From the human T2T-CHM13v2.0 reference genome, Homo sapiens: a stretch of 64,000 nt of DNA. Position numbers and translations under genes: made by a program. The DNA is taken from assembly GCF_009914755.1 (NCBI RefSeq), contig NC_060947.1. The stretch is one strand, 5' to 3'. This document shows positions 35,235 to 49,874 of this stretch, piece by piece; the stretch's first letter is position 1; the number at the start of each line of letters is the position of its first letter. A model generated the notes under the pieces. It worked only from the letters and a program-made list of their open reading frames with translations. It was not told the origin of the DNA and searched no databases.

Positions 35235-35412
35235 GAATAAAAGCATGGATTAAGTATTAGGAAACCTGGATTCTAATATTGGCTATGTCAATAACTAGCT
35301 GGGCAGTCTTGGAGAGGTCACTTTTCCTCCCTGAACTTTAATTTTCTTCTCTATATGGTGAGGGATTTGGAATATATGGATCTCTCTTATTTCTTTCATG
35401 TTTAGTATTCTA
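35235..35412 (+). mobile_element. MIR SINE
   Basis: aggaaacctggattctaatattggctatgtcaataactagctgggcagtcttggagaggtcactt. Confidence 0.7.
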
Positions 35413-37911
35413 TGATAAGAAGACAAATCACTTGTATCTACTATTTTATTTAAGCCAGATATGCTGAGATGCATGACTGACTGTACCTGAGATCAGAACA
35501 TGCTTACATAACCAAACCAAAACCTAGGTTTTTTTTCAGTTGACTGTATTTAGAAACATCATTAAAAACAGCATTCTTGTTTTGAGTTCTTTGGTCCTTC
35601 TCTCCACTTTTTTGGCCAATATTAAAATGATGTCACTGAATATTCACAGGGACATTCAAAATAAATTTTCCTTTTGTTTATTCTACAAATAAAGTGAACA
35701 TTTCATACTTTTTAAAGTGATAATACTTGGCATAGGCCATATGTGTTTATGTTATTAGTGGGTAATTTTTAAGCTGTATTTTTCGATGTGTTTCACAAAC
35801 TAATGAATATTTTATATTTACTCTGAATTTCATCCAAACTATTATGGTTGCATCTCCTATTAGATCTGAAGACTTGATTTAGAAATATTTCAAAGATGAA
35901 ATATGTCTGGGCATTTTAATCTTCCTTGTGCAGGAAGGAAAGGTAATGGATCCACTCTTATTTTGTTTGATTATTTTCCTTTGTAGTATGTTAGTTTGGG
36001 AGATTTTCTGGACAACAATGTTCTTCTTGTTTGGCAAAATTACATCTATTGGACAACACTATTCATGCCTCAATTGACGTTGCCTCACAATTTATAGTGT
36101 TGTTTTTGATTATGAAATAAGGCTCCACTTGTAAAACTTGCAATTTCTTGACTCTGGGTGCCAAGGAAATAATAAGAAAGGCTCATACCCCTACACACAC
36201 CTTGGTTTCTCCTAAATCATTTTATTCCTTTTTTGCAGAGAATCCAGGCATCTCACAGCTATTTTTCCTATTCCATTTTTAAGTCACCTTCATTAAGAAG
36301 GCAACATTTGAGTTTTACATTGAAACATGTATTTTTGTTAAAACGCATCAGCACAATAATTCTTTGACTTTCAGTTTTTATAAAATGGAAGGAACTAAGT
36401 GAATTAAATGAAGCTATAAGAATCAAGTCCTTATTTCATTTTGGCAATTAAGGAATGATTTTTCAAAGTAAGTAGTATGGAATCCAAGGATTTTGAGCAA
36501 AAAAAATTAAACGTATTCTAACACAGTTTACAAATACTAATATTTCCATTATAGGTTTTCTCAAAGACCCTTTGAAAATGTATTTAACTGTTATACTAAT
36601 GGGTTAACTCACATAGTTTTTGCTGTTATACTTCCCTATACAGAAAAAGTTATAATCTGTCATGTATCCTATAACTATCTGAGTATATGCGGCAAGCAAC
36701 AAAAATATCAACTGTAGACCAAAAATTGTGTGAGGTTCTTTTGAGTAGGTTACATGTGAAGAAAGAATAATGGAACTATAAGGTAAACATACATGAAACA
36801 GCTAGAGAACAACAAATCATGTGCTACTAAATTGAAATATAGTATTAATTGAACCCTATACTAAAATTCATGCTGTGAAAACGTAGTTGTTTAATTCACA
36901 GATACTTTAAATACAGATAAGAGTTTTAGAGCAAACACAACTGACTTGTTGCACATGGAAACCAAAAATGGTCATATGCCTTGGTAAAGCAACAGGAAAG
37001 TGTCAAGTGTTCATGACAGCAAGCCACAATTAGAAAATAACTATACTTAAAGGAAAATCAGCTCATCTGGTTTATTTAGAAAATTTGAATTATCTTGGTC
37101 TCTCCAAAACAACGCATGATGCTGTCTCAAGACACTTTTTCTAGACTAGGAGAAGAAGACATCAATGATTTCATTGATATTATTACATTAAAAATCTAGG
37201 GGAACTTTTCGTTCGACAGGAAATACAAAATAGCTTTAGCTCCTCAATAAAAATGAAATAGCTTATTAAGGCACCAGTGTGTGGGGTGGTTATTTCAGTT
37301 TAAATAGGTAACATGCTCATAGTAACACTCCTGCTAATTGGTTCAATCCACAAGAAGCAGTTAGATCCCAAAATCTGCCAGTTTTTTAGACAACACAGGC
37401 TTTTAAAATTAGCAGAGATATAAGTTAAGGTGACTCAGGGCACCTTCTTAGCATCAAGTGATCCCAGTTGTATTTCTATTGTAAATGGCAGAGTTGACAC
37501 TACTGCCACCCAGCTGCCCCCAGAGGAATGAGTGGTCGCAGTGAGTGAAGGCAGCTCTGAAAAAACATGTAAAATGTGACGTTTATCTGTTGACTATTTA
37601 GAAATGACTTAACACCCCTGGGGCACATCCGCCTCTGATTCACTCTCATTGTCTGTCACTGTTCTCAAAAGAGGCAATAGCAAGCATGAAAGATCTTTAT
37701 TATAAAACACCTTCGCCCCATGCTGAGGTCACATTCCAATGACCATGGGTCTATGGATAATGAAACATGCTTTACATAACCTAGGACAGTAGCTTTAACA
37801 TTTTCCTTTTTTAACTTTGGACCATGATAAAAAACAATAATAAATAGATTTTACATAGAAAATCTATATACACACACATAACAAGAAAAACATATTTTAA
37901 TGAAAATACCC

Positions 37912-40740
37912 TTCTATATTAATTTTAAAATGGTTTTTTTTTAGTTCTGTGAAGAATGTCAATGATAATTTAATGAGAATAGTATTGAATCTATAAATTG
38001 CTTCGGGCAGTATGGCCATTTTAACAACATTGATTCTTCCTATCCATGAGCATAGACTGTTTTTCCATTAGTTTGCTTCATCTCTGATTTATTTGAGCAG
38101 TGTTTTGTAGTCCTCCTTATAGAGATTTTTCACCTCCCTGCCTAGCTGTATTCCTAGGCATTTTATCTTTTTGTGGCAATTGTGAATGGGATTGTGTTCC
38201 TGATTTGGCTCTTGGCTTGACTGTTGTTGGTGTATAGGAATGCTAGTGGCTTTTTTATACATTAATTATTTATCCTGAGACTTTCCTGAAGTTGTTTATC
38301 AGTTTAAGGAACTGTTAGGCTGAAACTATGTGGTTTTCTAAATACAGGATCATGTCATCTGCAAACAGGGATAGTTTAGCTTCCTATTTGGCAGCTCTTT
38401 ATTTTTTTCTCTTGCCTCATTGTTCTGGCCAGGACTTCCAATATTATGTTCAATAGGAGTGGTGAGAGAAAGCACCCTTGTCTTGTGCTGGTTTTCAAGG
38501 GGACTGCTTCCAGTTTTTGCCCACTCAGTATGATCTTGGCTGTGAGTCAGTCATAGGTAGCTCGTATTATTTTGAGGTATGTTCCTTGAATACCTAGATT
38601 ACTAACAGTTTTTAACATGAAGATGTGGCTTTTTGATCTGCTGCTGGATTAGATTTGCCAGTATTTTGTTAAGGATTTTTGCATTGATGCTCAACAAGGA
38701 TATTGGCCTGAAGGTTTTTTTGTTTGTTTGTTTTTGTTTTGTTTTTTGTCTCCGCCAGATTTTGGTATGAGGATGATGCTGACCTCATAATGAGTTAGGG
38801 AGGAGTCCCTCCTCCTCAATTTTTTTGGAATAGTTTCAATAGGAATGGTACCAGCTCTTGTTTGTACATCTGGTAGAATTCAGCTGTGAATCCCTCTAGT
38901 TCTGGGCTTACTTTTGGTTGGTAGACTATTTATCACTGCCTCAATTTCAGAGCTCATTATTGGTTGGCTCACGGATTTTATTTCTTTCCAGTTCAGTCTT
39001 AGGAGGGTGTATGTGCCTAGGAACTTGTCGATTTCTTCTACATTTTCTAGTTCATGTGCATAGAGGAATTCATAATATTCTCTGGTGGTTATTTGTGTTT
39101 CTGTGGGGTCAGTGGTAGCATCCTTCTTGTTTCTAATTGTGTTTATTTGGATCTTCTTTCTTTCCTTTTTAATATTCTAGTGAATGGTTTACCTATTATA
39201 TTAATTTTTTTTCAAAAAAACACAGTTCCTGACTTCATTGATCTTTTGAATGGTTTGTTGTATGGAACCACAAAAGAGCCTGAATATCCAAAGCAATTCT
39301 AAGCAAAAAGAACAAAGCTGAAGGGATCACACTATCCAACTTCAAGCCATACTATAGGTCTGCAGTAACCAAAACAGTGGGATACAGGTCCAAAACCAGA
39401 CACATAGACCAGTGGAACACACTAGACAACCCAGATATAAGACTGCACACCTACAACTATCTTATCTTCAAGAAAGCTGATGAAAACAAGCAACAGGAAA
39501 AGACTCCCTATTGAATAAGTGGTACTGGGATAACTGGCTAGCCATATGCAGAAGATTGAAACTGGAGCCCTTTCTTACAAAAATTAACTCAAGATGGACT
39601 AAAGACTTAAATGTAAAGCCCCATACTATAAAAACCCTGGAAGACAACCTAAGCAATACCAATTGAGACATAGGAATGGTCAAAGATTTCATGATAAAGA
39701 CATCTAAAGCAATTGCAACAGAAGCAAAAATTGACAAATGGGATCTAATTAAATGACAGAGCTTCTGCACAGGAAATGAAACTATCAACAGAGTAAGCAG
39801 ACACTCTACAGGATGGGAGAAAATATTTGCAATCTGTGCATCGAACAAAGGTCTAATATACACAATCTATAAGAAACAATTCAACAAGCAAAAAATAATC
39901 AACCTAATTAAAAAGTGGGAAAAGTATCTGAACAGATACTTTTCAAAAGAAGACATATAGTTAGCCAACAATCATGTACAAAAAAAGCTCAATATCACTG
40001 ATTATTAGAGAAATGTAAATCAAAACCACAATGAGATACCATCTCTACCAGTCAGAACTGCTATTGTAAAAAACTCCAAAAATAACAGATGTTGTGGAGG
40101 TTGTAGAGAAAAAGGAATTCTTATATGCTGTTGGTGGGAGTGTAAATTAATTCAGCCATTGTGGAAAGCAGTATGGCGATTCCTCACAAAACTGAAAACA
40201 GACCAAGCGTTCAACCCAGGAATCCCATATCTGGGTATATACCCAAAGGAATAGAAATTATTCAACCATAAAGACACAGGCATACATATGTTCAGTGAAG
40301 CACTACTCACAATAGCAAAGGCACGTAATCAACTTACATGCCCATCAACAGTAGACTGGATATGGAAAATATGGTACATATACACCATGGAATGCTATGA
40401 AGCCATAAGAAAGAATGAGATCATGTCCTTTGCAGGAAGATAGATGGAGCAAACTAACACACAAACAGAAAACCAAATACCACATGTTCTCACTTATAAG
40501 TTGGAGCTAAATGATGAGATCATGTGAACACGTAGAGGGGAGCAGCACATGCTGGTGCCTTTCAGAGTGGTGAGGATGGGAGGAGAGAGAGGATCAGGAA
40601 AAATAACTAATGGGTATTAGGCTTAATACCTGGGTGACAAAATAATCTGTACAACAAACCCCATGAACAGGTTTAGCTATATAACAAACCTGCTCTATAT
40701 ACCCCTAAACTTAAAATAAAAGATAAATAAAAAAGAAAAA
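37912..40740 (+). mobile_element. L1PA13-16-like LINE-1 with 5' inversion (37912-39260 inverted, 39261-40740 sense)
   Basis: Strand switch at ...tggtttgttg|tatggaacca...; 3'UTR ggatcaggaaaaataactaatggg and poly(A); TSD aaaataccctt (37903-37913) / aaaataccttt (40739-40749). Confidence 0.9.
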
Positions 40741-41154
40741 AATACCTTTAATTGTGCAAAATGCTTTATGACAGTTTTATTCTATTTCATTTTATTTTTT
40801 TTAAGTTGCTGGTTGCAGCCCATTTAATTTATTGCAAAACTCACTAGTGTACTTCCACTTGCAGTTTGCAAAACATTGGTCAAGGAAGCTCTATTACAGT
40901 TCCAATCTTTTCAACCTGTTTTGTCACCAGGAAAAATAAATGAAAACTTAAAACAGTTTATAAATATGTGATGTGAAGTTTGAGATACAAATGTTAAAGT
41001 GCGTTTTGCAAGTGCTAAAGTACTATATTTGTTATTTTTCTTTGATTTTACTAAAAAATATGGTGTGACATAAACGAACATCTAGGGCTGATGATTTACA
41101 AAAATCATGAATTATCACCACATTTGTATTTCAGTATCAAATTATAAATTTTGT

Positions 41155-43057
41155 TACAAAAATCAGTACCATTGCTATATGCCAACAGTGAACAATCTGA
41201 AATAGAAATCAAAAACTAATCTCATTTACAATAACCACACATAAAATTAGGTAACTAGGAATGAACTTAACTAAAGAATTGAAAAATTTCTATAATGAAA
41301 AGAAGGAAACACTGATGAAAGAAAGTGAAGAGGACACCAAAAACATATTCCATGTTCATGGATTGGAAAAAATAAACATTGTTAAAATGTTCATACTACC
41401 CAAAGCAATTCACGGATTCAAAGCAATCCTTATCAAAATACCAATGACATTCTTCACAGTTATAGAAAAAAAACTATCCTAAAATTTATATGGGGACACA
41501 AAAGATGCAGAATAGTCAAATCCATCCTAAGCAAAAATAATAAAACTGGAGGAATCACATTACCTGACTTCAAGTTATACTACAGAGCTATAGCAACCAA
41601 AACAGGATGGTACTGGCATTAAAACGGGCACATAGACTAATGGAACAGAATAGAGAACCCAGAAATGAATTTGTGTGCTTACAGTGGGATATCCATATGC
41701 AGAATGAAACTGGACTCTTATCTCTCCCCATATACAAAAATCAAATCAAAATAGATTAAAGACAAATAAAGGACTTGAAACTATGAAACTACTACAAGAA
41801 AACAAAGAAAACATTGGGGAAAATCTCCAGGACATAGGTCTGGGTAAAAATTTTTTGAGCAATATCCCAGAAGCACAGGCAACCAAAGCCAAAATGGACA
41901 AAAAGAATCACGTCAAGTTTAAAGGTTTCTGCATAGCAAATAATACAATCAGCAAAGTCAAGAGACAACCTACAGAATAGGAGAAAATATTTGTGAAGTA
42001 TCCATCTGACAAGAGATTAATAATCAGAATATATAAAAAGCTAGGAAAAAATCTGATAATCCAATATAAAAATGGGCAAATATATGAATAGATATTTCAG
42101 AAAAGAAGACATACGAATGTCAAACAGGCATATGAAAAGGTGCTCAACAGCATTGATCACCAGAGATATGCAAATCAATACTACAAGATGTTTTCTCACC
42201 CCAATTAAAATGGCTTCTATCCAAAGACAGGTAACAGCAAATGCTGGTGAAGATGTGGAAAAAAGGGAACACTTGTACACTGTTGGTGGAAGTGTAAATT
42301 AGTGTAACTGCTACGGGGAACAATTTGGAGGTTCCTCAAAAAACTAAAAATAGAGCTACTATATGATCCAGCAAATCCACTGCTGGCTATATATCTAAAA
42401 GAAAGGAAATCAGTATGTCGAAGAGATATCTACACTCCCATGTTTGTTGCAGCACTGTTCACAATAGCCAAGATGTGAAGCAACCTAAGTGACCATCAAC
42501 AGATGAATGGATAAAGAAAATATGGTACTTATACACAATGGAGTACTATTTAACCATAAATAAATGATATTCAGTTATTTGCAATAACATGGATGGAACT
42601 AGAGATCATTATGTTAAGTGAAATAAACCAGGCACAAAAAGACAAACATCACGTGTTCTCACGTATCTGTGGGATGTAAAAAATCAAAACAACTGAATAC
42701 ATGCAGATAGAGAGTAGAAGGATGGTTACCAGAGGCTGAGAAGTATAGTATGAGGGTTTGGGGGAGGTGGGGATTATTAATGGGTACCAAAAATAGTTAA
42801 AATGAATGAATAACACCTAACATTTGATAGCACAAGAGGGTTTCTATTTTCAATAATAATTGTACATTGAAAAATAACTAAAAGAGTATAATTGGATTGT
42901 TGATAACACTAAATATAAATCATTGGGGGGATGGATACCACCTTTTCCATGTTGTGATTATTACACATTGCATGCCTATATTAAAACATTTCATGTGCCC
43001 CATAAATATATACATGTACCATGTACTCACAAAAGTTAAAAATACAAATAATAAAAT
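41155..43057 (+). mobile_element. 5'-truncated L1MA (about MA1-3)
   Basis: ORF2 C-terminal fragments (41261-42302 in the track); L1MA-type 3'UTR tagagagtagaaggatggttaccagaggctg...ccccataaatatatac...aaaagttaaaaa. Confidence 0.9.
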
Positions 43058-46000
43058 CAAACTCCACATATTATCTGGCCATGCAAAGAGGTTGATCTAT
43101 ATAAACCTTTTGAAAGATCTCCCCTCCACTATGCATTTCAAAAAAATATTTAGAAGAGTCAAATTAACTGAAATGTATTAATGGTCATGAAAATCCACAG
43201 AATGAAGTGTTGGCTATTAGAGAAGTGATTAGCTTATTTGTTAGAACTGCAAGCAGTGATCTTTCATGGCATTCTTTTTTGTTGCCTTACCTAGCAATGA
43301 CAAATTTATTTCATGCACATAACATATAATATTGACATTAAATGCATATAGATGTATATTCAATACTCATCAAAACTGTTCATACAAATCTTATGAAAAA
43401 TCATGGAAAATAATATATTCTGAAAATAATAAATTATATATTCTTACTTAGAGCTTTTGATGCCTGAGGGGCCTCATGTTTTTAAGTTTTAATTTGTCTG
43501 TCTTTATACCCAGAAAAGGTTTCTCCTGATTATTTATTTGTTGTATTATTTTTTTAATAAAAACTGTAGTACAAATAAGAAAGGATTCTAGTTCAAGGTT
43601 TAATGAATAAAGACCATGATGACTGACACACAGTAGTCAGTAGATGATCAGTGAATATTTTTTGACTTGATAATCATATCTAGACAGAATTACAGTTCTG
43701 ACTCTTGGCATTTTCTTTTAGCGTTACATTTTTATTCTTCCTCATGGTTTGAAGAAAGTAAAGTTTTCTTAAGCATAACTACACAGGCATTTTACCCAGT
43801 GGACTATAATTCTACTGTCTCACTGTTTCTTATTGCAATGTTTTTAAATTTTCTGGCTACTCTCTTCCCTTGTGTCATGCTCAATTTCATTGCATTCATT
43901 TATTTTGGATTAGAAGACAATAACATAATACAACATGACAGATTCAAGTGAACATGATTCTTTATGATATTTCACATCAGCCTAGGAAAATCTGATCAGA
44001 TGTGGTTAGAAAAAATGATTTTCAAATGACACTTTTCTCTGATCTCATACTTTTAATATGTACAAGACTGCAGTAAAACACTCCAAAGTTTACATAGAAA
44101 CAGATGCATTGCAAAAGTTTCTAATATTAGATTTGGTTTGTAGTCATGTAAGGCTTTTTTGTTCTTTAGAAGAAGAGTCTGGAACTTTCAGATACTGTAA
44201 AAAATATAAATAGAAAATTAAATGTCCAAATTAAGGCCTTTTATGGGGATACAATATTAGATACATAATTAATGCACAAAGCTAATGATCTTGGGTTTTT
44301 ACAAACGTGTTTTCTCTCTAACTCCCAAGGTATGAATTCTTTTTGGGCTACCATGTTTAGACACATTATACTGGATAATGTGATGGACTAGATATCAAAT
44401 AGAGTATAATCTTCTAAACCTAGATTTACTACTATTAGGTAAATTTAGGTATGTGGTAATTCAAGTAATCCAGGGAACTGCCATTAAAATTTTCTGAGCT
44501 GCTCTTTGCCCCATATATTAAGGTCACATATAGCCATGCATACTAATATACTGCAACAACTCAAACTTCTTAACGGAATGATATACAGCAGATTCTAAAG
44601 AAGAAACTGGAGACACTTCCCCACACTAACCACGTGGCCCTTCTGAAGGATCAGTTGGATCTCAAATCTTAACTGGCTGAAGCCAAATGAACCAGTTAAC
44701 CTTGTCACTATTCTTCTGTTCATGACAGTGGAATGTAGACACAATTTGAGGCACAGCAGAGTAATGAGATTTTTGCTCAAACCCTATAATTGAATTTTAA
44801 CAAGGGTTGAATTAATATCAGTCAAAAAAAGTGATCTGAGTCCAATATTGTGTCAAGTGTGGTGAAGTATAGAATCATTATTAAGGAGGTGCATATAGCT
44901 CGACCAAAACTGTTGATTTGATGCCTGTACATACACAGCACAAACTTCCTTTGAAAAATTTCAACCTAATTTATCCTACAGTTTAGCACAGAATCTGTTA
45001 AAGTGATCTAAAATGGAGTTATTATTTAAATTTTTCTAATTTCTCTATCCCAATTATGAAAATGTGGTAACCCAAAAAAATAGCTTTTTAAACAATTTAC
45101 GAGACATAAACATTTTTGTAAACCCCTTAAATAAATAAGTCTAGTTTAATTTACTTTGAGGACACTGTTTGAGATACTTTGATAAATTTATAGTTTATTT
45201 AACATACCTAATTTTTACTAATTTTCTCACTTGCAATCATTTTTCCTCTTTTTTTATAAATTATAAATGTTACTCATCTTTCAGCAATTCATCCTATTTC
45301 CCAGCCCTAATAGATAAAATTTAAGTTAATAGTTTTCCTTACAATAACTAATATGAAACAAATTAGGGATAAACTAAAAAACAATGAGAATATTTCAAAA
45401 AGCAAATGACAAAAAGTGTGATAGTTATTATATTTGATGGTTATATGAGTCATAAGTTTCATCACTGACTATTATTTATCTAACTTACTTTTATTAACAT
45501 CCTCTGGGCCACAAGGCATTTTATTCTGATTCACATTTTTCCAACTGAACTAATAAAAGCTTGTTTTTATGAAACAAAGCAGTGCTTTGTGGCTTTGCTC
45601 TTTTCTTGACAGGGTCTTCCAGTCTTGTTAACACCTTTGTGTTTCCCACCACATAAATGAAAGATAAATAATTTCTTAATAACTTCTTCTAAATTGAAGG
45701 AATAGTCACACAAGATCCCAAACAATTCCTCATTGTATCTTAAGTCAAAAATAATGCAAAGCTGGAGAATAGACTTTAATATTATGGAACATTATACTGA
45801 TGTTTTCCATCTTCTTGCATAGATTAGCCAATAAAATACAATGAATAAAAGGCAGACAAAAGATAATCTCAGAAATCTCACTGCCTACTATGCTCCCCTC
45901 AGTGCACCAGTCACATTATTCACCAGAAAACACAACTTCCTTGCTGGTCTGTCAGTCAAAAGTGTGTAAAATGCCAATGGAAAATAATTGTGACTTTGTA

Positions 46001-46448
46001 TGCATATGGATCATAGGATTTACTTCCAATTAGAGTTATTATAAGATAGTAATTCCCAGCTGATTGTCTACAGTACAATATTGAAAAAGTCAGTAGCTCT
46101 CATGAAGGTATTAAAAATACCCCAAACAATATTGAACAAACAATGTAAGATTATGATAATATCACCATTACAACAATATAATGTCTCACAATACTTGGCA
46201 GAGGAGCTCTAATAATTGCACTATTCACTTGGTGGATCTTAGGCATGTTGTCAGGATTTGTTTAAAGCTGCCTAATGCCTCGACCTTATTCTCCTGTATT
46301 CAAGCAAGGCAAAGCATCTTTGTGTTTAAAGAAATACGCAATCATTCTTTGGTTTGACTTTAAATCTGATGAAATTTTCCATAACATTATTCTTCCTTCA
46401 TAGGAGGAAAGGCTTATTTTACACATGAATAAAAAATTGGTAGCATAC

Positions 46449-46537
46449 CATAATGCCATTGGACAGTTGCTGTGGACCAGAGTTTAAGATCATCTTTCAA
46501 AAGAAGTAATGGTTGTTCCCAATTCAAAGTGATTGAC
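46449..46537 (-). other. Candidate 89-nt internal exon (host transcript unknown)
   Basis: Minus strand cacttttccttttAG|GTCAATCAC...GCATTATG|GTatgc in non-repeat DNA; one frame is open (SITLNWEQPLLLLKDDLKLWSTATVQWHY). No recognised homology. Confidence 0.35.
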
Positions 46538-49329
46538 CTAAAAGGAAAAGTGTTTTTAGGTTGCCAATACATCATTCTTCTTTTTGCCAAAACAACTCTA
46601 GAGGTCTTCAGACCATTCTTCAAGAACAAATATCTCCTAAGTATCAGTCATCATTGTAATTATATTTTCTTGATGAATGTATTTCTGTATTTTCATCCTG
46701 CTTCACCGTCCCTTTGAAGTATATGTCCACATGAGTCAGAATAGCTTATTACTAGTCAGTAATAAAAATGCCAATAGCAAAATAAGACCTGGGCTTCCTA
46801 GGTAAATCACTTAAAATCAACCATAGTTTTTGTTTGCTTGTTTGTTTAATAAACATAATGGAGATGGTAGTGAATTGGGTGATTTAAAAGATCTTTTTTC
46901 TATTTTAAAATTATGTTATTCATGTGATCTTCAAAATAAAGGTATATGTTACATATGGCGATTATATTTATCTCTGTTTCTGGTAAAATTTCCCAAAACA
47001 TGTCTTATAGATGGCATCTTACAATTTTGTAAATTTGTTATTTCAGAATAAAACTTAACTTGCTCTTTTTACATTAATATGGCTTACCTTATGTTATATG
47101 CTTTGAATATATAATAGGTAAGGTTGTTATTTCTCTAAAACATAAATGAAAACTGTAAATGTTGTTTTGAGACAGATACATTGTAACGTAGGTATTGAAT
47201 CTGCTTCTCAATATCAATATTTTATCAATAGGCAGACAGTAGATATTTGGACAGAGAACCAAAGGAAACCAAGGCAATGTTTTCTCCATTCATTGGCAAA
47301 ACAATCTTTCATACATCACGAATTCATGCATCTTTTTGGTAAATTTGAAAAAAAAAAAGGTGGTAGTGATTGCAAATTAAATCAAATCACTTTGAAAACA
47401 GGAATAATAGTGAAAAAGAAGTGGCTTCATAGACTGTGTTTTAGTTACACTTCGTCCTGCCTCAGCATATCCTACATCCAATTCTGTCATTCCCTAGTGT
47501 CTGTCCATTAAATTTGGAAGAGCAAGGCAGGTGTTTTGTTAAATATTAACTCATGCTACCCAGAGCAAGAAAAATAACCTCAGAAAATGAAAGATGAATG
47601 AACTTATTAAAACATTACACATTGCTTCCAAAAACAAAATAGTAAGAGAAATTCCCTAATCAAGAGGGTAGATGTCTCATTATGACACATTACTTATTAT
47701 TTTCTATAAATTCTTGCCTTTTGGATTTGTTATAGACACCAGAGGGTGGAAGTCTATTCATTATTATCACTTCTCCTTTATGTTCTCAAAATGGCTCTAA
47801 ATGCTCTTCACTTTTCAATACCAGTAATCTGATGGGTAAATATAAGCAAAGAGGGCTGCCAGTTTTAAACATATGGAAAACTAAAGAAGGATTGAGAAGA
47901 CTGCAGATGTGAAGGAGAAAAAAATTCAACTTCATCTGAACTGAATTGTTTCATTCTTTACATTACAGCCATCAACATTATCAACTTTATCCTACAACAT
48001 GCTTACCTTTTTTTCAGTCTTTAAAAGGTGTGCCAATCAAGTTCCTGTCCTGCCATTTAGAATATTATACATAAATTATAAAAAAATACGTAATTGTCTT
48101 TTACTGATAGAATTGAATGACTTTCCAAACTGAAGCGATTCATGAACAATTCCCTGCCACTTTGATCTTAATTGTCATTTTATATTTCTAAAAGTAAGGA
48201 ATATTAAACCTAGTAGCAGTCCAATATGTGATACATTTTACAAAATCAGTATTACCTCATTTTTTTTCATAAATACAAGTCATAGTCCCAATGCCTTGTA
48301 CACAGCCCCTTGCTTCATTTTTGGATAGCTTGGATTTTATAGATGCTTGACAGCCATTAGTTAATTGGCATCAGACTACTTTTACCCTCTCGACTTTTGC
48401 CTTTGTCCCTATTTTTACCAGATTTAGAGGACCAGAAAGTAATTGTGTGCTCGGAAATGTATTCTCAATTCCATTTTGTCCCCTTCTTCCCCTCAGTTCA
48501 GTGTTTACTTCATAAAGTGACAGGTAAGCCTTTGTTGGTTTTCTTATAGCACACACATTGTCCAGCATTTGTTATTATTCTTCATTAATCTTTGACTACT
48601 TCATGTGCAATATATTCAAACCCCGATTTCACTGAAAAGTGAAAATAAAATATTTAGCACACAGTTCCTGGCACAATATTTCTCAACAATTTTGAACTAT
48701 TGTACAAATGATAATTTTTTTCCTCTTTTACACTTATCTTAGTTTTTCAGTTTTTGTAATCATTTCAGGAGTTACTTAGGTATAATTTGAAAGGCTGATG
48801 TGATTTCAAATTACTCAACATAACCATAAGTCTCAAACATATTAGAATGAATAGCAAAGTAAAACAAAGCAAAATAAAAATTTTAACAAATGGTGATGGA
48901 GAAGGTCCAGGGAAGAGAGATCAAAACAACTGAAAGGGGAAATTATTTCTGAGATAGTTTGCATGTCTTCCAAACTGGCAGTCAGTTATATGAATTCAGT
49001 CTAGAAAACTATTTTTCTTGATATCACAGAGTTTAAAATAGTATATATTTAATATTATCAGATAAGACACGTACTTTCTGGGTGACATAGAGCCCATACC
49101 TCTCTTTTGGCTTACCTGGACATTTTATTCCACATAATGTCATGTATTTGGGAATCATAACTATGCATTTTCATTTCTGGCAAAACCTTACTGAAATTCA
49201 TCATACAACTGATATTAGATCTTTTTCCTGTCTAGGTCACATTCCTCTGGGCATACTCCTGTTTCTTAGTGCTCCTCTTAAGATCTTACAACCATCTCTG
49301 GAGACAATATTTGAGCAGTCATTAGTGCT

Positions 49330-49705
49330 CTTTAGAAAATATTTATTATTATTATTGGGGCACATGGTAGTATTTTATTTTCCTACCCCCTTGGAGTTTG
49401 ACTAGCCATGTAACTTACCTTGAAAAAATTATCAGTGTTAATGGTGTGACACCTCCAAATGAAAGCTACAAAGACAGTATACAATCCATCATGATCTTTG
49501 TTTTCTGCCATAATGACCGGCATTATTCTAGACTGCAGCTGCTCCATCAGTCTGGGTCCCAGACTGAGGACAGCAAGGTTGAAAGGGCAATACAATCGAT
49601 CATGGATATATAAAATGAGCAATACATATAAATGTATTCTTTAACTCATTGAGAATAGGATATTGTTAGTTATTAAAACATAATCTGGTCTATCTTGATT
49701 GATGA
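49330..49705 (+). mobile_element. Old MaLR LTR (MLT1-type)
   Basis: gctgctccatcagtctgggtcccagactgag...ttgttagttattaaaacataatctggtctatcttgattgat. Confidence 0.6.
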
Positions 49706-49743
49706 AGAAAGTACTAGAAGTTATTAGATATTGTGGCCCTGCT

Positions 49744-49747
49744 AACA

Positions 49748-49781
<34 letters not shown>
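49744..49781. repeat. (CA)n microsatellite
   Basis: acacacacatacacacacac... Confidence 0.95.
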
Positions 49782-49785
<4 letters not shown>

Positions 49786-49874
49786 TTCTACTTTCACTTC
49801 CATTGTTAAAAGCATTCAATTGATTACATTGGCATCTGCTACATTTATTTAATTAAGAAAATGTCTGGAGATTA

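Noticed and set aside
37505-37530. CTCF motif (cagctgcccccagagg)
   Set aside because: About four mismatches to the core consensus by eye; too weak to call.
47146-47511. 121-aa ATG-initiated ORF in unique DNA
   Set aside because: No recognisable motif, includes a poly(A)-derived Lys run, and no supporting promoter or splice structure.
47083-49420. Additional minus-strand donor-like motifs (cttacc at ~47085, ~48002, ~49110, ~49413)
   Set aside because: No convincing paired acceptors; such motifs are expected at background frequency.
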